From positions 1,568,001-1,632,000 of the forward strand of contig OY969801.1 of assembly GCA_963703225.1 (NCBI GenBank): a DNA stretch of 64,000 nt. Direction: 5' to 3'. Within the stretch, counting starts at the first letter, position 1. The number at the start of each line of letters is the position of its first letter. The stretch is from Candidatus Eiseniibacteriota bacterium. GTDB lineage: Bacteria > Eisenbacteria > RBG-16-71-46 > SZUA-252. Positions 43,816 to 53,350 of this stretch are shown in pieces. The notes below the pieces were generated by a model that made no database searches, had not been told where the DNA came from, and saw only the letters and a list, made by a program, of their open reading frames with translations. The position numbers and the translations under genes are program-made.

Positions 43816-45219
43816 TTAGGGTCGGGAGCCATCCCTCGAAGGCACGAGCGTGACCTCGCATGCGTGCGTGAACCAGCGCGCGGCGGCGTCGCGGACATCC
43901 TCAGGCTTTAGCGCCAGGAGGCGCGTTTCAAACCGCCTGGGGAAGTCGACGCCCAAGCCCAGCGTCTCGTACCGCGAGAGATCCCGGGCGCGTACGAGCG
44001 GGTTGCTCTGCTCATGGAAGAATCCTTGCTGAACCCGGCGCATGTGCACCGGCCAGTCCCCCTCGTCGAGCGGGGAGGTCGCCAACTGGTGGAATACGGA
44101 GACGACCGTGTCGCGCGCCGCCTTCCACGTGGCCAGGGTCGCGCCGAAGTAGACCGTGATCGACGAGCGTTTTGGATACCGTGGATACATCACGCCGACG
44201 CTCGTGGCCAAGCGGCGCTCCGGGAGCCAGTAGGTGATCGGCGAGCGGTCGCCCGACCGGAGGTAGGAATCGATGACCTGGAAGGCCGGGTAGTCGGGGT
44301 CGTCGTAGCCGGGTGCCGGAAAGCCGTATACCAGCGATTGCGCGACGTAGGATCGAGGCTCGCTGATGAGGGTATCCGCCGCCAATGGAATCGGGTCGCC
44401 GGCCACGGGGGTCGGCGGCGCTCCGGGCGGCGCTCCGGCAAAGGCCTTTTCCAGGGCGGACATCACCTTCTTCCCGTCGAAATTTCCAACGAAGCTGACC
44501 GTGAGGTTTCCCCCGACGAATAGTTTCTTGTAGAGCGCGATCATGTCGCCCCTGCGGCACTCCGAGATCGATTGGATTCGTCCGAAGGCCGGCCGCTCGA
44601 AAGGGGTTCCCCGGTACATCGTTCGGAGGAAGATCGTGTAGGTGCCCGAAAGCGGGCCCTCCACCTCGTCGGAGGCGCGGGACATGAAGTAGGTGCGCGC
44701 CGATTCAAATGCCGTGTCGGGAAACGCGGGATGGAGCACGACGTCGGAGAGCATGTCGACCGCCTTCAACGCCTGTTCGCGCGTCGTGGCGATCGAGACC
44801 TGCCCGATGTCGGGACCCGCTCCCGCCTCCAGGGAAGCTCCGGCCGCCATCAGCTCCAGCTGTAGCTCGCCGGAGCTCCTGTTGTGGGTGCCGGAGGAGA
44901 GGGAGCGCATGATGATCTGGCTCACGCCCGATTCCTCTTCCTTCTCGTAGCGGGTGCCCATCCTCAAACCGACGACGCCGCCCACACGCTCGCTGGTCCG
45001 CTGCTCCTGAACCAGGAGCCGTACCCCGTTCTTCAGCACCTTTCGCTGGATCGGCTGTCCCGGGTCGTAGATGGCGACTTTGGGCGCAACGACGGGTGGG
45101 GGTAGATCGCGGTCCTGAGCCCGACTTGCCGTTGGACCCAGGACGCAGGAAACCGAAAGAAGGAGCGGGAGGGCCGACGAAAGTCGTTTGCCGTGAAGGA
45201 GATTGGGATGGCGACGCAT
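43816..45219 (-). CDS. Exported M16 (pitrilysin-like) peptidase subunit, apparently non-catalytic
   Basis: LKNGVRL, G.RYE..E.SG fold markers but QIIMR in place of HxxEH; signal peptide. Confidence 0.78.
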   Translation of the reverse strand: MRRHPNLLHGKRLSSALPLLLSVSCVLGPTASRAQDRDLPPPVVAPKVAIYDPGQPIQRKVLKNGVRLLVQEQRTSERVGGVVGLRMGTRYEKEEESGVSQIIMRSLSSGTHNRSSGELQLELMAAGASLEAGAGPDIGQVSIATTREQALKAVDMLSDVVLHPAFPDTAFESARTYFMSRASDEVEGPLSGTYTIFLRTMYRGTPFERPAFGRIQSISECRRGDMIALYKKLFVGGNLTVSFVGNFDGKKVMSALEKAFAGAPPGAPPTPVAGDPIPLAADTLISEPRSYVAQSLVYGFPAPGYDDPDYPAFQVIDSYLRSGDRSPITYWLPERRLATSVGVMYPRYPKRSSITVYFGATLATWKAARDTVVSVFHQLATSPLDEGDWPVHMRRVQQGFFHEQSNPLVRARDLSRYETLGLGVDFPRRFETRLLALKPEDVRDAAARWFTHACEVTLVPSRDGSRP

Positions 45220-45226
45220 CCCAAGA

Positions 45227-45255
45227 AGGCTACCAAAGCCACCGGGTCTCGTCAA
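45227..45255 (-). promoter_or_regulatory. Promoter probably giving leaderless mRNA for the M16 gene
   Basis: TTGACG-N17-TAGCCT, 7 nt before ATG 45219. Confidence 0.5.
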
Positions 45256-45386
45256 TCCGGCCCGCCGAAATGGCCTTGGCCAGCCACCTTCCCCGTGCCT
45301 GGTAGGGCGGCTTTCGCCGTCAAGTCCGCAGCTTTCACCGCCGATGAATTGGTTGAGGCCGGGGGCCTCCCTGGAAAGAAGGCGAT

Positions 45387-45893
45387 ATGGACCACTGCTT
45401 CCGTCCGCCCGGGCAGCTCGCCCTGGCCAAGAGAGCGTTGCTTCTCACCGCCATTCTGACGTTGCTCGACGTGGCGCCCACGCCGAAGTGCGCCCTGGGC
45501 GAGCCCGCGCCGGACCTCCGCACCATCCTCCCCGAGTTCAACCGGATCTGCGCCGATCTGACCCGGGCGCGGGAAGAACTACGCCTCGGCGCGCTCGACG
45601 ACGATTCGTTCGCGGCTCGCGTGCTCGACCTCTTCGTTTGCGCGGACAGCTTAAACGTGCTCGTTCAATCATCGAAGGATGCGGAACGGCGTCTCGGCGG
45701 ATCGATGTTCGCCATGGAGCGGGGACTTCGGTACCTGATCGATTCGCTTCGAGAGAATTACGTGGGGATTGCGGCGCGGAACGGGGTCAGCTTTGTGGCT
45801 GCCGACCGCGCGCTCCAGGCGGCCGTCGCGTGGCGGAGCGGTGTCGGAACGGGCGGCGCGGCCGGGAATGTCGCGGCCGCGGTCCGGCCGTAG
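45387..45893 (+). CDS. Hypothetical exported helical protein
   Basis: Fills the gap; signal-like hydrophobic stretch; amphipathic helical composition; no recognised motif. Confidence 0.55.
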   Translation: MDHCFRPPGQLALAKRALLLTAILTLLDVAPTPKCALGEPAPDLRTILPEFNRICADLTRAREELRLGALDDDSFAARVLDLFVCADSLNVLVQSSKDAERRLGGSMFAMERGLRYLIDSLRENYVGIAARNGVSFVAADRALQAAVAWRSGVGTGGAAGNVAAAVRP

Positions 45894-45899
45894 GGGATG

Positions 45900-45972
45900 T
45901 GGAGCTGGCGGGGATCGAACCCGCTACCTCTTGACTGCCAGTCAAGCGCTCTCCCAATTGAGCTACAGCCCC
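45900..45972 (-). tRNA. tRNA-Ala(GGC), CCA not encoded
   Basis: GGGGCTGTAGCTCAATTGGGAGAGCG-CTTGA-CTGGCAG-TCAAG...GGTTCGATCCC..AGCTCCA, then CAT. Confidence 0.95.
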
Positions 45973-45991
45973 GTCGATCCGTAAGCCGATG

Positions 45992-46021
45992 ATCTTACCC
46001 GCCTCGTTCGAACCCGGTCAA
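45992..46021 (-). promoter_or_regulatory. Promoter of tRNA-Ala
   Basis: TTGACC-N18-TAAGAT. Confidence 0.6.
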
Positions 46022-46575
46022 CGGCCTTGCCCTCCACGCTCACTTCCTGGATCGAAGTTGCAGCGGGCTGCCCAGCGCTCCGACGTGATCAAGTATCCGA
46101 CCCCGGCGCCGAGGAGAAGGCCGGAAAGCGTATAGACCGGGACGCTCCAGTCGCTCAGGTCCTCGAAGGAATCGCCGCCCTGCTCACTCCCTGCGAGCAG
46201 CGCTCCCAGCCCAAACCCGACCAAGGCTCCAACGAAGGTATGCCGATCGACCCCATCCGGTTCCTCGACCAGGGCGACTCGCGAGACCGAAATTGGCGCC
46301 GGGCCCGCCCGACCGGCCATGGCGAGGAGCAAGGTGGAGTCGCCGCTCAGCCCGGCGAACCGGCCGGTCCAACGCGTCTGGCTCGATTCCCGGAACGTGA
46401 CCCGAAGCTTTGAGTCCGTGATCAAACCCTTCGCGCAGCGCAAGAGCTTCGTCCGGGCCTCGGCCGACGGGGGCGCGCCGGCGGATTGGGCGCGAGAATC
46501 GGTGGAAAAGAGGCATCCGGCGCTCGCGAATGCGCCGATGATGGCGAAGCGGAGGAAGGCCGTCATGGGGTGCAC
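46018..46575 (-). CDS. Hypothetical exported/membrane protein with C-terminal glycine-zipper helices
   Basis: Signal peptide; GALVGFGLGA and GLLLGAGVG; GGAGG RBS upstream. Confidence 0.6.
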   Translation of the reverse strand: MHPMTAFLRFAIIGAFASAGCLFSTDSRAQSAGAPPSAEARTKLLRCAKGLITDSKLRVTFRESSQTRWTGRFAGLSGDSTLLLAMAGRAGPAPISVSRVALVEEPDGVDRHTFVGALVGFGLGALLAGSEQGGDSFEDLSDWSVPVYTLSGLLLGAGVGYLITSERWAARCNFDPGSERGGQGR

Positions 46576-46635
46576 CTCCGGATTGCCTCACAACGGAAGC
46601 TTGACCGTGCTCGACCTCGGACCGAGACTGCGCGG

Positions 46636-48090
46636 ATGATCGACAGCATTGAAACACAGCCCTTCCGGGGACGCCGCTACCACTTTAGCGGCGTCGGCGG
46701 GAGCGGAATGACCCCGCTCGCGATCCTCGCCGCGTCGCTCGGGGCCGAGGTTTCCGGATCGGATCGAAACCTGGACCGCGGCCTCGCGCTTCCCTCCTTC
46801 GACGCGCTGCGGAGGGCCGGCGTGCGGCTCCTGCCCCAGGACGGGAGCGGGGTGACCCCGGAACTTCGGGCGTTCATCCACTCCACGGCTGTCGAAGCGG
46901 CGAATCCCGACTTCCGCCGCGCCGCGGAGCTGGGCGTCGCGAGCATCCGGCGCGGGTCCTTCCTCGCGGGGATCGCCAGCACCCGGCGCGCGATCGCGAT
47001 CGCGGGAACGAGCGGGAAGTCGACGGTCACCGCCATGACGGCCCACATCCTGGTCGAGTCGGGACTGGACCCCACCTTCCTGGGAGGCGGCCCCGCCGTG
47101 GACCTGGAAGGCGCGGTCGCCCCGGGCAGCTTGCGCGTGGGACGGACCGAGTGGTTCGTCGTGGAGACCGACGAGAGCGATGGGAGCGTCGCCGAGTTCG
47201 CCCCCGCGATCGCCGTCCTCACGAACCTGAGCCGCGACCACAAGGAGATCGACGAAACCGCTCGGGCGTTCGAGGCGCTGCTCGCGAAGACCCGAGAGCG
47301 GGCGGTGATCCACGTCGGCGATCCGGTGCTGGAGCGGGTCACCTGCCCTGAGGCGCTCCCCCGATTGAACGTCGCGGTGGCGGGGGCGTTGACCTGGGCC
47401 AAGCCCGATCTGCTCGCGACTTCGATTCGGCTCGGAAGCGATTCCGCGCGGTTTGAAGTCGACGGCGTTCCAGTGACCGTCCCCTTCCCGGGCGGCATCA
47501 CGGTCGAGAACGCGCTCTTCTCCATCGCCGCGGCGGTCGCCGCGGGCGTCCCCCTTCCACGGGCCGCCGAAGCCCTCTCGTCGTTCCGGGGCGTACGCCG
47601 GCGATTGGAGCGGGTTGGCGAGGCGGGCGGAGTCGACGTCTTCGACGATTTCGGCCACAACCCCGTCAAGATCGCCGCCGCGCTGGAGGCGCTCCGCCCG
47701 GTGGGATCGCTCTGGATCTACTACCAGCCCCACGGCTATGGCCCCACGCGCTTCTTCCGCGAGCAGCTCGTGGAGACGTTTCGGGCGGGTCTTGGCCGCG
47801 ACGATCATCTCCTCCTCGCGCCGATCTACGATGCCGGCGGCACGGCCGACCGCTCGATCCGATCCGAGGAGCTTGTCGAGGAGCTGCGGCGCGCGGGGGT
47901 CGACGCGCGGCTTGCCGCGACGAGGGCCAACGCCGCGCAGGCGATCGCCGAGGGAGTTCGCCCGCGCGACCGGGCCGTGGTCATGGGGGCTCGGGACGAC
48001 ACCCTGCCCTCCTTTGCCCGCGACGTGCTCGCCGCGATCGAGGAGCGCTCGGGGATGCCCGCTACTCCGGCTAGCCGACCAGCTCGGTGA
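46636..48090 (+). CDS. Mur ligase family protein (MurC/Mpl-like paralog)
   Basis: GVGGSGM, GSDR, AGTSGKSTVT, ETDESDGS, NLSRDH, GVRRRLE, DDFGHNP, QPHGYG. Confidence 0.88.
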   Translation: MIDSIETQPFRGRRYHFSGVGGSGMTPLAILAASLGAEVSGSDRNLDRGLALPSFDALRRAGVRLLPQDGSGVTPELRAFIHSTAVEAANPDFRRAAELGVASIRRGSFLAGIASTRRAIAIAGTSGKSTVTAMTAHILVESGLDPTFLGGGPAVDLEGAVAPGSLRVGRTEWFVVETDESDGSVAEFAPAIAVLTNLSRDHKEIDETARAFEALLAKTRERAVIHVGDPVLERVTCPEALPRLNVAVAGALTWAKPDLLATSIRLGSDSARFEVDGVPVTVPFPGGITVENALFSIAAAVAAGVPLPRAAEALSSFRGVRRRLERVGEAGGVDVFDDFGHNPVKIAAALEALRPVGSLWIYYQPHGYGPTRFFREQLVETFRAGLGRDDHLLLAPIYDAGGTADRSIRSEELVEELRRAGVDARLAATRANAAQAIAEGVRPRDRAVVMGARDDTLPSFARDVLAAIEERSGMPATPASRPAR

Positions 48091-49622
48091 CCACCTTGCC
48101 CTGGAGGAAGAGCCCCAGGTAATCCCGCCCGCCCGCCTTGGAATCGGTCCCGCTCATGTTGAACCCGCCGAACGGATGGATCCCGACCAAAGCCCCGGTG
48201 CACTTGCGGTTGATATAGAGGTTCCCCACGTGGAGCCGGCGTTTGGCCTCCACGACCTTGGCGCGATCGCGGGAATAGTAGGCGCCGGTCAATCCGTAGA
48301 TCGTCCCATTGGCGATCGCGATTTCCTCTTCGAACGATCCGGCCGGGATCACCGCCAAGACCGGGCCGAAGATTTCTTCCTGCGCGATCCGCGCGCTCGG
48401 CTTTACGTCGGCCACGATCGTCGGCTTGAGAAAGTAGCCCGGGCCGGAGTGCTTCCCGCCGCCCGCCGCCACCCGGCCTTCCTTCGCTCCCACTTCCATG
48501 TAGCCCAGGATCGTCTTCTCCGCCCGCGCGCTCACCACCGGGCCGAGGAAATTCTCCCTCTTCTCCGTGGGACCGACCGTCATGGCGTTGGTCTTGACGA
48601 CGAGCTTCTCCAAGAATTCGCCGTAGAGGCTCTTGTGGACGATGGCGCGCGAACAGGCGGAGCACTTCTGCCCCTGAAATCCGAACGCGCCCGCGAAGAC
48701 CCCGTTCACGGCGGCCTCGAGATCGGCGCCCTCGTCGACGATCGTGAAGTCCTTCCCGCCCATCTCGAGGATCGCCCGCTTGATCCAGATCTGCCCCTTC
48801 TGAACCTTGGCCGCCTTCTCGCTGATCCCCACCCCCACTTCCATCGATCCCGTGAACGCCACGAACCGGACGTTGGGATGCTCCACCAGCGCGTCGCCCG
48901 ATCGCCCCGCCCGGACCGCTCAGGAAATTCACGACGCCCGGGGGTGCTCCCGCCTCTTCGAAGATCTCGAAAATCTTCCACGCGGTAAGGGGGGAATCGC
49001 TGCTCGGCTTGAGGATGGCCGCGTTGCCCGCGACGATCGTCGCGGCGGTCATCCCCATCGCGATGGCGCAGGGGAAATTCCAGGGCGGGATCACCACGCC
49101 CACCCCGAGCGGGATGTACTCGAAGACGTTGTTCTCGCCCGGATACGGGGTGATCGGCTGGCGGCCGCCGTAGCGGATCATCTCGCGGGCGTAGAACTCG
49201 CAGAAGTCGATCGCCTCCGCGGTGTCGCCGTCCGCTTCGGGCCAGCTCTTCCCCACCTCCATCACCATCGTCGCGCTCATCTCATGGCGCCGCCGGCGAA
49301 GAATCCCCGCCGCGCGGAGCACCACGTTGGCGCGCTCCTCGGCAGGCATCCAGCGCCACGACTCAAACGCCTTGGCCGCGGCGTCGACCGCCTGGCCGAC
49401 GTGCTCGACACCCGCCTTGGAAAAGTTGCCGACGCACTCCGACGGGTTGGCGGGGTTCGCGCTCTGGAAGGTGTCCTGGGTCTGGATCCGCTTCCCGCCA
49501 ATGACGAGCGGATACGTGTTCCCGAAGCGGGAGCGGACTTCTTGGAGCGCGCTCTTCATCCCGGCTTCGTGCTCGGGACGCGAGTAATCGAGCATGGAGG
49601 TGCTCGTATATTCCGGGAGCAT
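48071..49622 (-). CDS. pruA: 1-pyrroline-5-carboxylate dehydrogenase (apparent frameshift near 48900)
   Basis: EAIDFCEFY, IPPWNFP; FTGS, EMGGK, FQGQKCSACSR, EEIFGPV, NRKCTGALVG, SGTDSKAGG. Confidence 0.92.
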
Positions 49623-49673
49623 CGACTTCTCCTTGTGGGAACGAGACGAGAGTTGACTATACTGCGCGCCATC

Positions 49674-50423
49674 ATGATATCCGCTTACCTGACCGCTGTC
49701 ATCCCGGCCCTCGTGCTCCCCTGGATCCTCCTCTTGCTCCGCAACCAGGCGCTCTTTGCGGTCGTGCCGGTGGTGCCGATCGCCGTCGTTTACGCGCGCC
49801 TCATTCGGGAGCAGAAGCCCCAGGCGGCGCTCTCGGTTTCGCTCCTCTGGGCGCTGGCGCTTTCCATCTCCACGATCGCGGCCAGCGCCATCTTTCCGGA
49901 GGCGGCGGCCAAGTCCATCTGGCACGCGGGCGCCTATCGCGATGAGATGCTGCGGTGGATCGCCACGGGAAGGGGCGCCGAGGGAAGCATCCGGCTCTTC
50001 CTCCCCCGCGTGCTCGTGGAGTACGCGCTGGTCCTGGGCCTCTCCGCCATCTCGGTCGGCGCGGCGGCGCTCTTCCTCGGCGGGCTCCTCCTCGGCTACA
50101 TGAACGGATACGTCGGCTGGGTCGTCTCGCACGCCGATCCCTCGACCATGCCGATCATCACCGCGGCCACGGCCTGGCCGCCGTGGTCGGTCTGCCGTGT
50201 CGTCTCGTTCGTCCTCGCCGGGACCGCGGCCGCGCTCTGGGGCTACCCGCGGATCTTCGCGCGCGGCACGGCGCCCGTGCCGGTGAGGCGCTACCTCGTT
50301 GCCTCGCTGGCGCTCCTCATCGCCGACATCGGCCTCAAGTGGTGGCTCGCGCCGATCTGGCGGGATCTGCTACGGGGACTGCTCGGCGCCAGCGCCGGTA
50401 TCGAGGCGGGCGGGACCGGCTGA
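49674..50423 (+). CDS. Polytopic membrane protein (weakly SpoIIM/DUF95-like)
   Basis: About 7 hydrophobic segments; YRDEML.WI.TG, YMNGYVG, WPPW; TATACT -10 at 49658. Confidence 0.65.
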   Translation: MISAYLTAVIPALVLPWILLLLRNQALFAVVPVVPIAVVYARLIREQKPQAALSVSLLWALALSISTIAASAIFPEAAAKSIWHAGAYRDEMLRWIATGRGAEGSIRLFLPRVLVEYALVLGLSAISVGAAALFLGGLLLGYMNGYVGWVVSHADPSTMPIITAATAWPPWSVCRVVSFVLAGTAAALWGYPRIFARGTAPVPVRRYLVASLALLIADIGLKWWLAPIWRDLLRGLLGASAGIEAGGTG

Positions 50424-50616
50424 CCCGTGCCGGCCTGACCGGCGCGGGGGCGCCACCCGAACCGGGACGGTTCGAGGCCCTCCCAGGGCACGGATCGTGC
50501 AGGCTTCCCGAGGGGGTCGGGCCCTCACCACACATTCCCAAGGCTTTGAGAGCCGGCATTGCGAACCGCGATGGAGGTCGAATTGCGGGTCGCACGCCCG
50601 GACAATTCCTATGGCC

Positions 50617-50952
50617 ATGGATCGTCATGAGAAGGGCATCGAGAAAGCTCCCGATCGCCTCGATCAGCCCCTGCCCGAGTGGGCAGGCGGCTACGGAGGC
50701 GATCCGCGGCGCCTTCCCAAGGTCGTCCAGAAGCTGCTGGCCGGCAGGGTCCTCACCGCCGAGGAGAAGGCCGAGCTGCTCTGGAAATTCTTCGAAATGG
50801 ACCAGCGGGCCAGAGCCCGCGCGGCGAAGGATCGGAAGATCCTTGCGGTCCTCCTCCTCCTGATCGTCGTCGCCTATGTCGGCGTCTACCACCACGGTTG
50901 GATTGCCGACCGCGTCATGGCCTGGCTCAGCCCACCCGCCTCGCCGGGATAG
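50617..50952 (+). CDS. Small hypothetical protein with C-terminal TM helix
   Basis: GC3-rich codons; ILAVLLLLIVVAYV TM segment. Confidence 0.55.
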   Translation: MDRHEKGIEKAPDRLDQPLPEWAGGYGGDPRRLPKVVQKLLAGRVLTAEEKAELLWKFFEMDQRARARAAKDRKILAVLLLLIVVAYVGVYHHGWIADRVMAWLSPPASPG

Positions 50953-51039
50953 CCCCCCCTTCGCCGAAACCGCCGGAGCCCCGGTAGCGGTATAATCCCC
51001 ATGAGGGGATTTTTGCACCGCACCCAGGAGGTGGATCGG

Positions 51040-51717
51040 ATGGCATCGCGCAGTTCCAAGCCAAAGAAGCCCCGGGCCTCGGAGAGCACCGCACGGGAAT
51101 CGACACTCAAAGAGTGGGTCTGGGCGATCGTATTCAGCGTTCTCTTTGTCGTCACGTTCCGTGGGGTCGTCGCCCAGGCGTACCAGATACCGACCGGCTC
51201 CATGGAGCAGACGCTCCTCGTCGGCGACTACCTCTTCATCAACAAGATGCTCTACGGCTCCGAGATCGATCTCGGGGTCAAGGGGCACCGGTTCTTCTAC
51301 TACCGCTTCCCCGGCTTCCGCCAGCCCGCGCGCGGAGACATCATCGTCTTCCGGTATCCTGAGAATCCGCGGCAGGACTTCATCAAGCGGTGCGTCGCCG
51401 TGGGTGGGCAAACGGTGGAGGTCCGGAACAAGGTGCTCTACGTGAACGGCGTGGCCCAGGTGGAGCCCTACGTCACCCACATCGACCCGCGCACGCTGCC
51501 AGCGGAGGTGAGCCGCCGGGACTTCTTCGGCCCCATTACCGTCCCCAATGGATTCATCTTCATGATGGGCGACAACCGGGACAACAGCCACGACAGCCGC
51601 TTCTGGGGCCCCCTCGCGATCGGACTCATCAAGGGCAAGGCCGCGGTCCGCTACTTCTCATGGGACGGCGAGCACCATTCGATCCGCTTCAACCGCATGT
51701 TCCAGGGGATTGGTTAA
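51040..51717 (+). CDS. lepB: Signal peptidase I
   Basis: IPTGSME.TLL.GD, FIKR, MGDNRDNSHDSRFWG; AGGAGG RBS; TATAAT at 50991. Confidence 0.95.
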   Translation: MASRSSKPKKPRASESTARESTLKEWVWAIVFSVLFVVTFRGVVAQAYQIPTGSMEQTLLVGDYLFINKMLYGSEIDLGVKGHRFFYYRFPGFRQPARGDIIVFRYPENPRQDFIKRCVAVGGQTVEVRNKVLYVNGVAQVEPYVTHIDPRTLPAEVSRRDFFGPITVPNGFIFMMGDNRDNSHDSRFWGPLAIGLIKGKAAVRYFSWDGEHHSIRFNRMFQGIG

Positions 51718-51747
51718 GCGCCACCCGAGCCCAAGGAGGGCCTCTCC

Positions 51748-51951
51748 ATGTCCGTCGCACGAGTGACCGAGATCATCGCCTCGTCCACCAAGAGCTTCGA
51801 TGACGCCGTTCGCATCGGCATCGACCGTGCGAACCAGACCTTGGAGAACGTGAAGGGCGCGTGGATCCAGGATCAGAAGCTGAAGATCGAAGGCGGAAAG
51901 ATCGTGCAATACCGCGTGAACTTGAAGGTGACGTTCGTCCTCAAGGGGTAG
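51748..51951 (+). CDS. Dodecin (flavin-binding)
   Basis: SVARVTEI.ASS..SFDDA...YRVNLKVTF; AAGGAGG RBS. Confidence 0.9.
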   Translation: MSVARVTEIIASSTKSFDDAVRIGIDRANQTLENVKGAWIQDQKLKIEGGKIVQYRVNLKVTFVLKG

Positions 51952-52069
51952 CCAGGGCGGACTCGCGCTAAAGACTTTGGCCAGAGTGCCGATCGATACC
52001 TGGTAAGCTGTCTCGATGCGGGTACCCTCCTGGAAGTGTGGGACCCTGCAACCCAGCGGAGATCTCCAC

Positions 52070-53305
52070 ATGCCCATTCCAGCCATAGGGACCCGTTCGA
52101 TGCTGTGGGGGCTCGTCGCGATCCTCCTTCTGCTTGGCTTCCCCTCGCTCTGCTCGGCCGCGACCCGTCTTGTCGGCCCCGGCAAGACATACCAGACCGT
52201 CCGCGCGGCGGCGCAGGCCGCGCAGAACGGAGACACGGTGCTCGTCGACGCGGGCATCTACAGCGCGGACGTCACCTCCTGGAACGCGAACGACCTGGTC
52301 GTCCGGGGAGTGGGTGGGCGAGCCCATCTGCGCGCCGACGGCGCCGATGAGGGCGGCAAGGGTATCTGGGTCGTCTACGGGACCAACTTCACCGCGGAGA
52401 ACATCGAGTTCTCCGGCGTCTCCGTCAACGACCAGAACGGCGCCGGAATCCGAAAGGACAGCCCGGGGAACCTGATCGTTCGCAACTGCTACTTCCACGA
52501 CAACGAGGAAGGCATATTGGGCTCGGCCGACTCGATGCTGATCGAGTACAGCATCTTCGATCACAACGGCTACGGCGACGGCCAGTCCCACAACATGTAC
52601 ATCTGGGGGCGATCGGTCACGGTCCGGTACTGCTACACGCATCGGGCGGTGATCGGACACAACATCAAAACGCGGGGACTGAACAACTACATCCTCTATA
52701 ACCGGATCATGGACGAATCCGACGGGACGGCGAGCTACGCCATCGATATCCCCGACGCCGGCAGGGCCTACGTCATCGGAAACGTCATCGAGCAGGGAGA
52801 GAACACGGACAACCCCGCGCTGGTGGCCTACGCGGCCGAGAGCACGAAGAACGGGGTCCTCGACCTCTACGTCATCAACAACACCATGGTGAACAACCGA
52901 ACGTCCGGGGGAACCTTCGTCCAGATCCGGTCCGGCATCAACGCGCGGATAACGAACAACATCTTCTATGGGCCGGGCACCCCGTGGTCGAGCGGCGCGA
53001 TCGTGATGGGCAGCAACAACTACGTCGAGCCGAACTACGGCAACGCTCCCGGATTCGCCAATACGGCGACATTCGACTACCACCTGACGGCCGCTTCCCC
53101 CAGCACGATCGTCAACGCCGGCGCGGCGCCGGGCCTCTCCTCCACCGGCTACAACCTCACGCCGACCGGGCAGTATGTCTACGACATACAGGGGATGACG
53201 CGGCCCCAATCGGGCGTGATCGACATCGGCGCGTTTGAGTACACCGGCGGAGGATCGCAGGACACCACCGCACCGAGCGCGGTACAGGACCTCAGGCCCC
53301 AGTAG
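52070..53305 (+). CDS. Secreted right-handed parallel beta-helix protein (pectin-lyase-like fold)
   Basis: Signal peptide; NGAGIR, FHDNEEGIL, SHNMYI, GHNIKTR, NNTMVN, DIGAFEY. Confidence 0.82.
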   Translation: MPIPAIGTRSMLWGLVAILLLLGFPSLCSAATRLVGPGKTYQTVRAAAQAAQNGDTVLVDAGIYSADVTSWNANDLVVRGVGGRAHLRADGADEGGKGIWVVYGTNFTAENIEFSGVSVNDQNGAGIRKDSPGNLIVRNCYFHDNEEGILGSADSMLIEYSIFDHNGYGDGQSHNMYIWGRSVTVRYCYTHRAVIGHNIKTRGLNNYILYNRIMDESDGTASYAIDIPDAGRAYVIGNVIEQGENTDNPALVAYAAESTKNGVLDLYVINNTMVNNRTSGGTFVQIRSGINARITNNIFYGPGTPWSSGAIVMGSNNYVEPNYGNAPGFANTATFDYHLTAASPSTIVNAGAAPGLSSTGYNLTPTGQYVYDIQGMTRPQSGVIDIGAFEYTGGGSQDTTAPSAVQDLRPQ

Positions 53306-53350
53306 AACCCTCCAGCGGACCGGTGACTGGCCCGCGGCAGCTCGAAAATC

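Noticed and set aside
45896..45972. tRNA-Ala lacking encoded CCA as a pseudogene or integration scar
   Set aside because: The cloverleaf and promoter are intact, CCA can be added enzymatically, and I found no duplicate 3' fragment in the window.
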